Shown piece by piece: positions 41,080 to 60,961 of a stretch of DNA of 64,000 bases; positions within the stretch are counted from its first letter, which is position 1, and every line of letters begins with the position of its first letter. A program made the position numbers and the translations under genes. Source of the DNA: the human T2T-CHM13v2.0 reference genome, Homo sapiens; the NCBI RefSeq assembly GCF_009914755.1, contig NC_060937.1; one strand, written 5' to 3'. Under the pieces are notes generated by a model. It worked only from the letters and a program-made list of their open reading frames with translations. It searched no databases and was not told the DNA's origin.

Positions 41080-41620
41080 TGTATTTCTGAAGCTCTTCTA
41101 GAATCTGACTTCTCAATCTTCCCACCTCCACTGCCCTAGCTCAAGACCTCACTGTTTCTCTGAATTGCACTTTCCCCTCAAGGGTCCCACGGCTTATGGT
41201 CTAACTCTGCTTCAGTCCATCCACCATGCTTGGTTTGCTTTTTTTGCAAACCAAGTTCTGATGATTTCAATTCCACCTTAAAAATCAGCGTTGACTCCCT
41301 TTTTTCTGTAGTTCTTAGCATGTATTGCAAGAACTTGCAAAACCTGGCTCTCACCTTAACTTCCTCCCTGGGCTTTCGCCCTTTCCTATACTACAGCCAC
41401 ACAACTTCCCAACCTACTGCACACTCACGTCTTTCTTTTCCTTTATCTGAGATGCTTTTCCTCTTCAATGCTGCCAAGCATTGAAGGTCCAGCTCACATT
41501 TTTTCTTCTCTGGGTTGCTGTCCTGTGTCAGCTCTCCATCTCGGGAACCTCTGCACTACAGCAGCTGTCACCTGTTACAATCACTCTGCCCTCCCAGACT
41601 AGCAGCTGAAGGGTGACGAC
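41080..41620 (+). mobile_element. L2 fragment
   Basis: ctccactgccctagctcaagacctc... decayed L2 3' region. Confidence 0.55.
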
Positions 41621-41624
41621 TGAT

Positions 41625-41785
41625 TCTCAGACTCTAATATGTGTACATTCACCTGAAACAGTTTAAAATCCTTGACTCGGAGAAATGTTGGTTTTGTTGA
41701 TTTAAGATGAGGCCCCAGGAATGTGTGTTTTAAAACCCCTCGGGTACTTGCAGTATAGATCTGTGACCACCTTTGGGAAACAGTT
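41625..41785. mobile_element. MER5-like hAT-Charlie fragment
   Basis: gatgaggccccaggaatgtgtgttttaaaa...gaccacctttgggaaaca. Confidence 0.55.
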
Positions 41786-42307
41786 TTATATACAATAGTT
41801 TAGGAAACTGTAAATTGCACCTCACTGAGTCGAGAAATCAATTAGTAGGTCATGACCAGTTTTTCCTTCTTCTTCCTCATATATGGGGTATGCTGTCATA
41901 TGGAATAGAAAAAATATTTTAAGTTTTGAAACAATCTTCTAGAAGGCAGGGAACTCAATAGCATTTGTGGAATAAAGAATACTCATGAAGCCTCTTCACA
42001 TGCTACTGGATGTTGGAAAATTTTGATGACTGTGATGCTTACATTTTATTTTACACTTGTGATGACTCTCAAAAAGGCAAGAGAAGATTCCAGAATGAAA
42101 CTACATTGATGATAGAATCTCTGATATCATTATCTTTTTGAAGAAAGACTCACTATGTATTTTCAACTGAGATTTTGGGCAGGTTCAGTATTTAAATTGT
42201 CATCATTCTAGACATGTATTGACTTTTCTTTACTCTCCCTGAGAAAATTACAGTTGACAAGAAAAAGAAATGTTAAAACATGTCTTTAAAATGATATATA
42301 TTTTTAA

Positions 42308-42647
<340 letters not shown>

Positions 42648-42760
42648 CTGAACTTTAATTTTTCAACAATAATTTTGAAAATGCTTTTTAAAGACTAGAT
42701 ATGAGCTCATTTTTCAGAATGTATGTTTATGTAAAGTATTTATTGAAAGAAAAGTGAGTA

Positions 42761-43015
42761 GGCCAGGGACAGTGGCTCACGCCTGTAATCCTACCTGTCT
42801 TGGAGGCCAAGGCAGGTGGATCACTTGAGGTCAGGAGTTCAAGACCAGCCTGGCCAACATGGTGAAACCCCGTCTCTACTAAAAATACAAAAATTAGCTG
42901 GAAATTGCTTGAACCCGGGAGGCAGAGGTTGCTGTGAGCCAAGATCTCACCACGGCACTCCATCCTGAGCGACAGAGCAAGACTCTGTCTCAAAAAATGA
43001 AAAATAAAAAGAAAA
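42761..43015 (+). mobile_element. AluS with ~55-bp deletion in the right arm
   Basis: aaaattagctgg joins directly to aattgcttgaacccggg. TSD aaagaaaagtg. Confidence 0.9.
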
Positions 43016-43490
43016 GTGGGGAAAGGCCATGCCTAAATTATTTAAAACTAATTTTTTAATGATATTATTACAGGGAGAAGTTCATCAACATTTTTTTCTT
43101 CTTCGTTTTTCTTAGTTGCAAAAGGAATCAATGCTACTTGAAAAAGTTAAATGGGTAGCAAATGAATGTATGCAAGAAATGTATAGCAAAGGAAGTGAAA
43201 TTTCCTCACAATCTCAGCTCTAGGAAATAACCAGTTAGTGGTTTAACATACATTCTTTCTTATTTTCTATGCATCAAAAAATAAACTATGTAGTTTATTT
43301 TTAATAAGATATAATAATTTTATACATACCATTCTCTATCTACCATGTTAAAAAATTTCATTGCAGAAAAACACACAAACAATATAACATAAAATGTGCT
43401 CTATGTAAAATTAAACAATATTACTATTTTTCATAGTTGCTTTAGGTGTTTTAAAGATATGAAGCAGTACATATTAAAATGTTAAGTCTC

Positions 43491-43785
43491 AGCAGGGTTC
43501 AGTGGCTCATGCTTGTCATCTAAGCACTTTGGGAAGCTGAGGCGGACAGATCGCTTGAGTCCAGGAGTTCAAGACCAGCCTGAGAAACATGGCAAAACCC
43601 CATCTCTACATTAGAAATTAGCTGGGTGTGGTCATGCACGCTTGTAGTCCCAGCTACTCAGGAGGCTGAGACAGAAGATTTGCTTAAGCCCAGGAGGTGG
43701 AGGTTGCAGTGAACTGAGATTGAGCCACTACACTCCACCCTGGGTGACAGAATGAGACTGTGTCTCGAAAAAAAAGCAAAAAAAA
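43491..43785 (+). mobile_element. Alu (J/old S) element
   Basis: Dimeric Alu. TSD gttaagtctc on both sides. Confidence 0.9.
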
Positions 43786-44750
43786 GTTAAGTCTCTATTA
43801 GTGTCTTTTAACTGCCATTGTCCCCAAGAGCAGCATGTCATAAATTAAGTATGTATATATACTTTTTATAGTCTTATCTTTTTCCCATTTTTCTGCAGTT
43901 TTGTTTGATAACTGTCTTTTATAACTGGCATATGGTTTTGTTTTTTAACCCAACCTAAAAAACTTTTTTAACTATATTTTTTAATAATAAAGCTAACAAC
44001 TTTTAAATAATAAACAATTTATTTACATTTGTTCTTAGTATTGATACATTTGGGCTTTTTATTTCATTTTCTGCATATGAACTTTGTTTCTCCTCCTTCC
44101 CAGCTTCTTGTAATATTGGGAAACTTCTCCCTATTCTTAGTTATTTTTTATTCTCTGCTAGTTTCTGCCCTTTTGGTGGCAACCCTTATCATTTTAAGAG
44201 TTATTTAACCATCTGAGCAACCAAGTTTGTTCTCTTGACTAAGACAAGGACATTAAAATATTTCATCTACTCACTGAACCCCGTTTATAACCTCCTTACT
44301 GTTATCTCAATTTTTAGGTTCAACATTGAATGGAAAAAAATAATTCAATGAGTTTACTAGCATATTTTATTGATTTCTTTGCTCAACAGAATTTCTTACA
44401 TTTTGAGTCCTTTGGATTTATTTATTTATTTCAGTGTCCATCTATAGGTAGATGAAACTTCTTCATCTTCAAAGCCTGAAAAACCCATATTTCTCTCTCA
44501 CTCTTGAATTTTGTTTTAGTTTGGTTTCCTGTGATCCCCCTCAAGAGTTGATTCATTGCCTGTCTCCAGAACTAGAGACCAGTAGGACCACACTCCTTTG
44601 GCTTCACCTACCACTATGATGTTCTGCTTCATTTTTAGTCCATAGAGATGTTTATTTTGTTTTGAGCACAGTCCTCTTTTTGCTTATCGAGTATATTAAC
44701 AGGAGAGGAAAAAATTTCAAAGCTACCAAAAAGAAATGGCAAATTACCCC

Positions 44751-51150
<6,400 letters not shown>

Positions 51151-51157
51151 ATTTCTC

Positions 51158-51240
51158 CTTTTTTTTTTTTTTTTAATGCGGAGTCTGGCTCTGTCACCCA
51201 GGCTGGAGTGCAATGGTGCAATATTGGCCCACTGCAACCC
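51158..51240 (-). mobile_element. 5'-truncated Alu (3' ~65 nt plus tail)
   Basis: Poly-T followed by gcggagtctggctctgtcacccaggctggagtgcaatgg... Confidence 0.85.
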
Positions 51241-51360
51241 AAATGACCTTTAATTTTTAATCTATCACTGCTGCTGATGAAGCCAAGTAGAGAGTGTAAG
51301 GTATAGAATCACAGAGCATCAATATCTCAAATATTTTTTAACCTGGGGGATAAAACTAAA

Positions 51361-51485
51361 ATATATATATGTGTGTGTGTGTGTATGTATATATATACAC
51401 ACACATATGTATACATGTGTATATATGTGCATATATACACACACACACAGATATATATATATACACACACACATATACATATATG
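51361..51485. repeat. Compound (TA)/(TG)/(CA) alternating purine-pyrimidine repeat
   Basis: Directly visible. Confidence 0.9.
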
Positions 51486-51739
51486 CTTTATAGTCTGGTA
51501 GTCCATTTTGTGAAAGAACTGAATTTAATCCCTTTCTGATGGATTTTGGGCTTGTTTCCAATTGCACCCTAATACAAATGAATGAAATACAATGAACAAT
51601 CCTTTGTATGCATCTTTGAACACTTAGGTTAGCATTTCTATATGACAGGTCCTCATATATTGAATTGCTAGGTAAAAACTTTGTCCATAAAAATCTTGTG
51701 AAAAACTTTTATGACTCTTTTCCTGCCTTAATAGTAGTC

Positions 51740-51945
51740 AAGGGCACAGGCTTTATCTAGATATGCATCCTAGTTCTGCTATTTCCCTGATGTACAGCAC
51801 AACTTTGGGGAAATCTCTTAATCTCCCTAATCCTTAATTTCCTTATCTGTGAAAACGGGATTAATATAGTACACACCTCAGTGGGTGGTTGTGAGGATGA
51901 AATAAGGTACTGAATTTAAAACAACTACTATGGTATCTAGCAATT
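51740..51945 (+). mobile_element. MIR
   Basis: ccttaatttccttatctgtgaaaacgggattaat...gttgtgaggatgaaata. Confidence 0.7.
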
Positions 51946-52119
51946 AAGTTACCAGTGTTAAAGACGCTGAAATGAGTTAAAATAATACGCGGATTGCTGA
52001 CTCCAAGGTAGTTGCCTGTCAAGATTTTTAAAAACAGTGCTGGGCCTGTGTGGAGGCAAGGGGCATGTGCAGGTCTCTGTATCTTCTGCTCGGTTTTGCC
52101 ATGAACCTAAAACTACTCT

Positions 52120-52270
52120 AAAAACTAAAACCTCTTAACAAACAAACACAGGTGCCTGGAAGCGGCTGTTGGAGATTCTGAGTTGGAAAGTTGGAGATGA
52201 GGCCCTAGCGTCTGTATTTTTAAATTGTCTAGGATAATTCTAGTATACTTCCTATTTGGGAACCAGTGAA
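52120..52270. mobile_element. MER5-like fragment
   Basis: agattctgag...gatgaggccctag...tctgtatttttaa...tttgggaaccagtg. Confidence 0.55.
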
Positions 52271-52534
52271 GGCAAAGTATTTCAAAACAAAAGAAAAAAA
52301 AAAGCCTCTTCTCTTTGAGTTCATTTTGATTCACTTTTCCTTCCTCGTGAATTTCTTGCCGATTCGAAGGGCAGCCTTGCAAAGTCCTTTTACTGCAAAG
52401 AAAATCACTGGCTCTTCCTTCTGAGGCTTCTTAACTGCCACTGCCTGATGCTAAGAATGTCCTCTTCTGACTCACCCACCACAGAGACAGAAATATTTAT
52501 TCATTTGCTGCAGCAAATAAATAATTCTACTTTG

Positions 52535-53230
52535 ATGTTAATTCATTCTACAAATATTGATTGCACACCTGTTGCATTGATTAAACTAAGTGTTAGGGAA
52601 GTTACCAGCGAATAGAGGAAGCTTGATTCCTCCACTTAGAGAACTCAGAGACAATGGGGGACATACGCACAGTGATGGTAGAAGTTGAGCAAGGGCTTTG
52701 TTTGGTAGGGGAAAGCAGGGTGCTCCCCACAGAAGTGACTTCTCAACAGAGGCCTGGAAGATGAGCAGAGCAGAAGGTATCCGGACGAGGAAGGAGGAGC
52801 ATTCAAAGCAGCAGAGCCATAGAGCAAAGGCTGGGAGGGGCACATTTAAGACATTCAAGATACTGGATTGTTTAGTAGAAAAGGGGCTAATAGGATGTTG
52901 AAAAGGCAAACCAAGACCAAATGTTTCAGTGTCTTGTAAACCATGTTAAGTAGCTTGTGAATAATCCCAAGAACAGTAAGCAAAGTTGAGAGGCTTTCAG
53001 CAAAGGGAGTACTATGATGAGATTTGCTTTGAGGGATGACCACTTTCCTTAAGAGCCTGGTTAAGTGGTTGCTGGGAAAACTCAAATGGAAGGTGTTATT
53101 GCCTACAGCTGGATTAGTGGAAATGAGACAGAGAGAAACCTGGGGAAGGGGAGTGGAGGTGACCCCGTGGATTCCGTTATGGAGAAGTTCACCTTGAGGT
53201 GCCCATGGGACGTGGATTGATTAGGCAATA
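52535..53230 (-). mobile_element. L2 fragment
   Basis: aattcattctacaaatattgattgcacacct, the L2 3' end signature, followed by decayed body. Confidence 0.6.
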
Positions 53231-56200
53231 CAGCTCAGAAGAAAGATCTCATTTGGAAACAATTCCTTTGTATTATTTTCAGCACCGGACAAAAAAGGCA
53301 GCATTAAAGCTTTTACTTCATTCAGTTCTAAGCAAACACATTGGTTAGATCTACAAAGCTTACTTGAATGATGGTCTATGCGCACTTGAGTAAATAAGAT
53401 TTGGCTCCAGATAGCAATTACTACTGGCACCTCTTCCTTTCATCTCAGGAGACACAATGTAATTGTAAACATCCATCTAGACACTGGGAAAATTTTCCCT
53501 CTGGGAAAGAACTTAAATTGTTTCTCTTTGTCTTTGTTGCAGGTATCTGTGCTGTATTGCTCACCTGTCCACCTCTTCTACGTTTGTAGGAAATAAATGT
53601 GATCCTATCTGTGCTGTAGGTAGTGAAAGTATCCCCAACCTTGAGAAGCGCATTTAGGTTTAATGAGCTAAAATAGACTTTTCTGTAGTCAATGCCTTGA
53701 TCTATGTCCTTTATTTAAAAGTATAAAGACCTCAAGGGATAGAGTGTAGAGTTTGGCTTCCCTTATGAATTTCACCCTCACTAGGCCAATTCAAAACCTC
53801 CCTTGCACTGCTCACAGACAATTTGGATAAACTTATCTTTCCTCTGCATTCTGGAGTGTCGTCTGAGGGTGGTGGAGTGATGAGCAAGGACTGTTTTATG
53901 GTCTTAGTTGGGTGTAGGCTATGAGATGTGTGGCTTTATTTGATCATCCTCTTATTCTAAGTAATAATATCCTCCACTGATTGTTTTATCCATTAAGTCG
54001 TGAACTTAAACATGGTACAAGGCACAGTGTGTATTTAGGAGCTGAATTAAAGAATTGAATAGGCTTCTAGTTTACTTCAAATTGTACTGGGATAGGGGTA
54101 TTTCCATAACTGATCTACAAAGATCTTCAGTTTACTTATTTTCTTAAAAGAAACCAAGTTTCTAGGCCAAAAAAAAAAAAAAAGTTTACCAAAGAAAGAG
54201 GTGAGTTAAAAGTCTTACTCATGAATAATAATTTTTGAGGGACAAGCAATTATTCTGGATTTTGCATAGATACCTTTCAAAGGCATGACAGTCACATCTA
54301 TTTATTATTTTATTCCTTCCTCTTGCTTTAGTACTCATTAAAATGTTCCAGGAGCATCTTGCTATTTTCCTTAAGTGACATCTATAACTCAACTTACTGC
54401 TTGATGTGTCTTTAACTCATTCATATTACATAAGGTTTTCTCCCAGTGGTAATGATTATAAACAATATTCAAATTGTAGATATTTTGAAAAGATGCTGAG
54501 AAATTGAAATAAACATAATCATTACTTCTTTTTAGTTCTCACTCATCTAACACTGAAAAAATATGCTGATGTTTAACCATTTTTTTAATTCATGGCACAA
54601 GAAACTAGGTAGTTAGCAGAGTTTTTTTTTTCTTATGGAAACTACTGAATGTGTTTTAATCTCATAATAATCACATCAAACTTTAACTTCAGTAATTGTA
54701 ATTGATTATTTGACCAGTTTTTCAATCATTATGAGTGGAGCACAAAGAGGGAGAAAAATCATATACATAAATCTACTCATAATCAAAAGCTTTAAGGAAG
54801 TAGTTAATTAACTTTTCTAACTCCTCTTATTAGCACTGTATTAAAGTTGAAGGATTTAGGGTTAAAATCCCATTTCCAGTCTCCCTCCTTCTTTCTACAG
54901 GAGATAACAATATATTATGCAATAGGCAACGTAATAATGTTGTTTGCATCTTTCATATCCCTTTTATTTTTATAACATTGTCACATGTGCCATGCCACCC
55001 CCATCTCTTTCTTTCACTCTCTCTGTCTTGCTTACGTACACACTTGCACAGATACACACACACATGCATATAACACACATGTGTCTGTACATATATGGTA
55101 ACTCATTCGTCTTCATTTCGAATGACAACTTAGAAGTTTTCAGAGTACTACACCCATAAGACTTCCATATTTTTTCTTATAAAAACTACACATTAAGCTA
55201 TAAAGTAAAACTACATGTTTTGGAGTTGACAGAATGAGTCTGAAACATGCAACACACCATTTGGTCCCCGATGTGTAGCTTATTTGGTGTTTAGCAGTTG
55301 TATATTCACTCATTTGATTTTATTATGTTCCTTTTTTGTTATGTGTCTGTGAGGAGTTGGGAGATAGGAAGATGGGGAGGTATCATTGTTAAATAAAAGG
55401 TCCTCCCTTAACTGCATTTCACAGCTCTCTCCCATAACTCAGAAACCTAATTTGGGTGCTGATGTGGTTTGCCAGGAATGTGAAGAGACTTACAGAGATC
55501 ACTTGTTGGATGCAGGTGATCAAGCCTCTGTGATAGTTATGGAAGCCTTTTAAAAGACTTACAGATGTGCCTGGTTTGGCCATCTGGTCAGAAGATACAT
55601 TTTCAGAGCTCTCTGTCTTCACCTTTGTGCCCTACCTCAGTGTGGGAAATGTCAGGAATGTATTGGCTTGTAATTGAGGTCGGCTTTGACTGAGGTTAAC
55701 AGATAACACCTTCATCTATACACATTACACTCATGTGCCCTAGCACCATCCAAGTCAAAAGGATAAGAAGGAGGCTAACTATGTTATAGGGACATTTATC
55801 ACCCCCTGAACCAAAATATGTGAACAAAATTTCTAAGGTTGGTTTTCTACTATTCAAGAATTTGAAGGGGCTGTATGATTTTTATCATGCCCACCATGTG
55901 AAGAAACAAAGAAAACAAACTTTTCCAGTTTAAATAAAGGTAATTTATTTGGGGCAAGAAAATAAAGAAATCATACTCGAACAATGCACAAAATGAATTT
56001 TCTTTGGCTTTCCAAGTGGCTTTGTGAGCCATTGTTGTAGAGTTTTGCTTAATTTGGTATGTGTGGGAATTCAATTAGTTGCTCTGAAACATGATATCAT
56101 GTTTTTAGTGGCCTGCCTTCTTAAGGAACAGTAATGTGAGTTGCATGTTCTTTTAGATTCAGTCCTTTTGAATCTTGTAAAACTAGAGCCAGGTGACTAG

Positions 56201-57297
56201 AATGTGTCAAGTCAAAGGGTTGTTCACCTTATGTGTGTACATTCACCTGTGTCTGTTCATACATGGTAACTATTATCATTAACCTTTATTCTGGGTGATA
56301 TAATTTATCTTTCTTAATAATTGCTTATAAAAATAAGCTCAAAATGAGTGAAGTATATACTACTTTTGCAACTTCCTGTGAGCCTCTATATAACTCAAAA
56401 TAAATTTTTTTTTACAGTAAGATCACAAATTAAATCTCTGTTTTATCATTGGTCAGCTGACTGCTAAACCTCAGACTTCTAGCAGCTCTATCACAAGGTA
56501 AACCATTGGTCACAGTTTGAGTCAGGCAGAAACAATGATTAGATCAATTCAAATTTATCACCAGTATTGGAAAAAAATACGAAGACCCCAAAGCATGTGC
56601 CCTAGTTTAGTGACTGAATTTGCCTCATTTTCATGTGTGTTTAGAATTAATATTAACCTCTTCATATGAGATTATTTATTTAGTAAAGTCTCACTTGGTA
56701 TAGAGCATCTCCAATACTCTACAGGCAACCTGCAGTCGGGCCCTGCAGTCTTCAGGACTAGCAATCATATATTCAGTCTAGTTATGACAGTAGGTTCTAA
56801 CCCTTGTGATTATAACACACCCACATACACCGAAATAAGCCCAAATCTAATGGACCAGAAAATGGCATAATGCAAAAAGGAATAGCTCTGTTCCAGAGTG
56901 GGAACTTGGTAAGAAATAATAAAATGAGTGGCTGGGCCAAAGTAAAAAAAAAAAAAAGATACGTGTTTTGCTTCATTTAGTTCTATTTTTCCAACTAAGC
57001 TTCCAGAGGCACTTTTAGAAGCCACTTATAATCCCACACATGAAGCACAAACAAACTTATGCCTCAAGATGAGAATGTTTTATTAGGCACTTTACTGTGT
57101 GTATGTTTGATTGTAAGGACTAATATTTTCACCTGAAAAGTTTAGATTGAAGAGATGTTATCTCACTAAAAGGAAAAAAGTATGATGATATAAGGAAGTC
57201 CCTAAGAGGAAGCACACTCTTCTTTGGAAGCATGTCAATAGAGTTTGATGCGAAAAAATAAAAATAACAGAAATGATTTCTGTTCCTTTCTTAACAG

Positions 57298-57447
57298 AAC
57301 CCATCTTTTACTTCGGTGATGTGGAATACTCTGTGGATGAGAGTGCTGGCTATGTGGAAGTGCAGGTGTGGAGAACGGGCACTGACCTGTCCAAGTCTTC
57401 TAGTGTCACAGTGAGGTCTCGGAAAACAGATCCTCCCTCTGCAGATG
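57298..57447 (+). CDS. FREM2: FREM2 internal coding exon (probably exon 7), 150 nt, Calx-beta repeat
   Basis: Acceptor ttcctttcttaacAG|AA, donor GATG|GTGAGC. Encodes (E)[49 protein letters not shown], recognised as FREM2. Phase 1-1. Confidence 0.96.
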
Positions 57448-59186
57448 GTGAGCAGTTTCCCACTCGGCTCTTTTGATTGTTCTGCAATTTTCAATGACCA
57501 TGGCACAAATGTATTTAAAGCTGAAATACTTCACTTCTATTAAAGCAGTTGGCTGGGTGTATTGTTTTTGCTGAAATTATTACTCTAGGAGGTAAATCTA
57601 GGCTTTATTTACTACTTTGGGAAAGTACATTTAAAGGCCATGAATCAGAAACTAGGTTACAAACGTTAAGACTCAAAGGATCTATATACTGAGGCCTATA
57701 TTTCCATGAAGTGGTTCTCTACTCTCAGCAAATCTAGTATTGCTGAATGTTGTAGCATTATAGGCAGGAAAATCATCTAACTGCACATAATCTATCCCCA
57801 CAGAAACCTATGACATTTAGGTATTATGCAGGCATGTGTCTTCAGTTGGCTGTCTCCTTATTTTAACCATGTGTCCCTATAAATACTTCAGATCCAAAAG
57901 GTTTTTTCCACACTTCGTTATAAAAAATGTACTAACTAGCACATATCTGCATTTTATTCCGGGATCCACATCTCCAAAAAGTTGATTATAAAGTTTACAG
58001 CAAGCATAGAATTCAAAATTTCCTTTTTTTTCTAAATGACCAACAATACAAACTTTCTCATGTACACACACATGAGAACACACATGCATGTCATACACAC
58101 ATCATGCATTCATCACACAAAGCAAGCACAGGTTATACCATTTTAAAAGTCACCCTTAGGTTTTAACTTTTTTAATGTAGTGGAAGCAGTATAGTGCTTT
58201 GCACGTAGCAGGTGCCCATTAAACCTTTGTTTAACTAAATTAATCATTTTTAAGAGAAAGATTCGAATCATAGATGAGGGGAGGGAGAGAGAGAAATAAG
58301 AGCAAAGGGGAAGAAGCAGAGGAAAAGAAAAAAATATAAAAAGAACCACAGGGAGATATGGACATCCTACAAAATGAATCAAAGACAGATATACTCAAGC
58401 AAAGTTGCACATTTGGAGGTAAAGTAGATACAAAATGAGAGTCAGAAGAGCAGAAGGTATGAAAACAAAGAAAGAAGAAATATTATCGATCTGTTGCCCA
58501 CCACTGTCAATCTTTGTGGATGTAGTGGCTACAGATTAAAAGACAGTTTTGTTTTTAACTACTTTAGATATAAGTGGAGGTATCAACACTAGATATAACC
58601 CCCTTTGTCTGAAAAATATTAAATTAAAGATCAAAAAGTAGAAGCTTCTCTCATTGCCTGGGACAAAGGTGGATGGAGTGTGGGCAGAGCTGGTACCCCT
58701 TAAATGTGTTGCTTTAACTAACAGGCAACCATATACCTGAGTAGGATGTTCTACAGCAGCTCCAGCAAAGATACATAAATACTTAATTAATGTTAACAAA
58801 ATTTTAAATGTCTCTATTTCATATGTAATTTATAAGGATCACATATTTGATTGATATGCTGATTTTTCTAAGCCTGATTTTTATTACCTTTATTAGAGAA
58901 TTTTCAAACTAAAGTTAGAGGAACTATAGCACAGAAAGCTAAAATAATGAATCCAAAGTCTAACCATGAAACATGGATAAAGTTCAGCAGCTGGTCTTTG
59001 ATCTATCACCACAGTAGTTATCCAGATACTAATCTTTTGCCTTTTATTAAATGTACTTTTCTGTAGAGTTATGCTGGTCTCTATTTTTTAAAAGAAGAAT
59101 TATAAACACAATTACATAATTTATGTCTTATAATTTTTTGAAATTTAATTAGTCCCCAACTGAATATTTTTTTGTTACTGTCATAG

Positions 59187-59396
59187 CTGGAACAGACTAT
59201 GTGGGCATCAGCTGTAATTTAGATTTTGCACCTGGAGTCAACATGCAGCCTGTTCGTGTTGTCATTCTGGATGACCTTGGACAACCAGCGCTGGAGGGAA
59301 TTGAGAAATTTGAACTGGTGCTTCGCATGCCTATGAACGCAGCCCTTGGCGAGCCCAGCAAAGCCACAGTGTCCATAAATGACTCTGTCTCCGATT
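59187..59396 (+). CDS. FREM2: FREM2 internal coding exon (probably exon 8), 210 nt
   Basis: Acceptor tttttttgttactgtcatAG|CT, donor GATT|GTGAGT. Encodes (A)[29 protein letters not shown]...SINDSVSD, in frame with the neighbouring exons. Has the Calx-beta DY...L.F.PG...V.I.DD motif. Confidence 0.96.
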
Positions 59397-59484
59397 GTGA
59401 GTGTTTATTAATTTTATAATTTACAATGATAATTGAAATCATAAGCTAAGGTTTATGTATATATGATAAGCAAGATGATTATAT

Positions 59485-59898
59485 ATATTTGTTTGTTTGC
59501 TAGGGCTTCCATAACAAAGTAGCACTGTCGGGGTGGCTTAAATAACAGAAATTTATTATCTCATAGCTGTTGGCTGGAAGTCCAAATTTAAGGTGTTGGC
59601 AGGCTCGCTTCCTTCTGAGGGCTGTCAGGGAAGGAGGTTCCAGGCCTCTCTCCTTGGCTTGAAGATGGCCATGTTGTCCCTAAGTCTCTTTGCATGGTGT
59701 TCCCTGTATGTGTCTCTGTCTAATTTTCCCCTTTTAATGAGGACACCAGTCACATTGGATTAGAGCCTACCCTAAAGACCTCATTGTAATTTAATTACTT
59801 CTGTCAAGACCCAGCCTACCAATAAGGTCACATCCTCAGGTATTGGGGGTTGGGATTTCAACATATGAATTTGAGAGGAACACAGTCCAGCTCATACA
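59485..59898 (-). mobile_element. MLT1 (MLT1A/B-like) MaLR solo LTR
   Basis: gctagggcttccataacaaagta...gtggcttaaataacagaaatttatt...atttcaacatatgaattt. Confidence 0.85.
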
Positions 59899-60539
59899 AA
59901 TACCCTAGCTGACCACACCTTTCTCCTCCTGATGATTTTGATAGAATTAGACAGTCTCAGAATAAAACTTTTATTCTTTCTCTCAAACCTTAAAGAAAAA
60001 AAATGTGATGTCATCAGTATCTTGATTGTGCCTCAAGAATTCCCGTCACCACAGTTGGGTGGAACCATGTGGAACTGCACAGACTCCTGAGTGTCAATAA
60101 TCTTTCTCCACTTCACAGCACAAGACACTTTCTGTCGTCTCCTTCCCCTAGACACTCATCAAATTTCTTTAATAATGTGCCAAAAATGCTGTTCTGGGAC
60201 AACCCTCTGCTGGACACATGGCAGAGCTCTCTGACACGTCATCACAAGGGAATTCTGAACACTCTTCAATCATGATGATTTCAACAGTGCTTGGAGGAGT
60301 CTCACCTATTGTCAATGAGCCCTATACGTAATTAACCTAGCATAGGTGTCACCTAAAAATCACACACACCACACACACAGTCAAGTTACCTACATGATCT
60401 GAGTAAACTATGCTTGTAATTATGTGCACAATATTCAGTGTTCTTCACGTCAGGAAATTCTGAAAGGCTCATGACTAAGAAACATGTAGATACAAATATC
60501 TTAAGGTTTGTGGTTTTATCTACTTTTTAACATTTCATT

Positions 60540-60695
60540 GCATACCCTTACTTTACCAAACAGGCAGAGCAAAATGTCAAAGGTAAGGAAATCAAAACTC
60601 TTAAGTGATTTGCTCAAGGTCAAAATATTGGCAAGTGACTGAATGGAGACAGAATCCAGTTCTTCTCACTTACTTTCCATTATTCTTTCCACTAA
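60540..60695 (-). mobile_element. MIR
   Basis: ttaagtgatttgctcaaggtca core. Confidence 0.6.
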
Positions 60696-60763
60696 ATCAC
60701 ATCTTCTGAAATGCCATTTTCCACAAGGAAATTTCTGTTCACTTTAATCCTTTGTTTTTGCAG

Positions 60764-60961
60764 TGCCTAAGATGCAATTCAAAGAACGAATATATACTGG
60801 CAGCGAAAGTGATGGGCAGATAGTTACAATGATCCATAGGAGCGGGGATGTCCAGTACAGATCTTCAGTGAGATGCTACACCCGGCAGGGGTCTGCACAG
60901 GTGATGATGGACTTTGAAGAACGCCCAAACACTGATACCTCCATCATCACATTCCTCCCTG
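60764..60961 (+). CDS. FREM2: FREM2 internal coding exon (probably exon 9), 198 nt
   Basis: Acceptor cctttgtttttgcAG|TG, donor CCTG|GTAAGC. Encodes (L)[65 protein letters not shown]. Confidence 0.96.

Noticed and set aside
60883-60885. Codon recalled as R2167, a site of a reported pathogenic R>W change
   Set aside because: The sequence has CGG (Arg), the normal allele.
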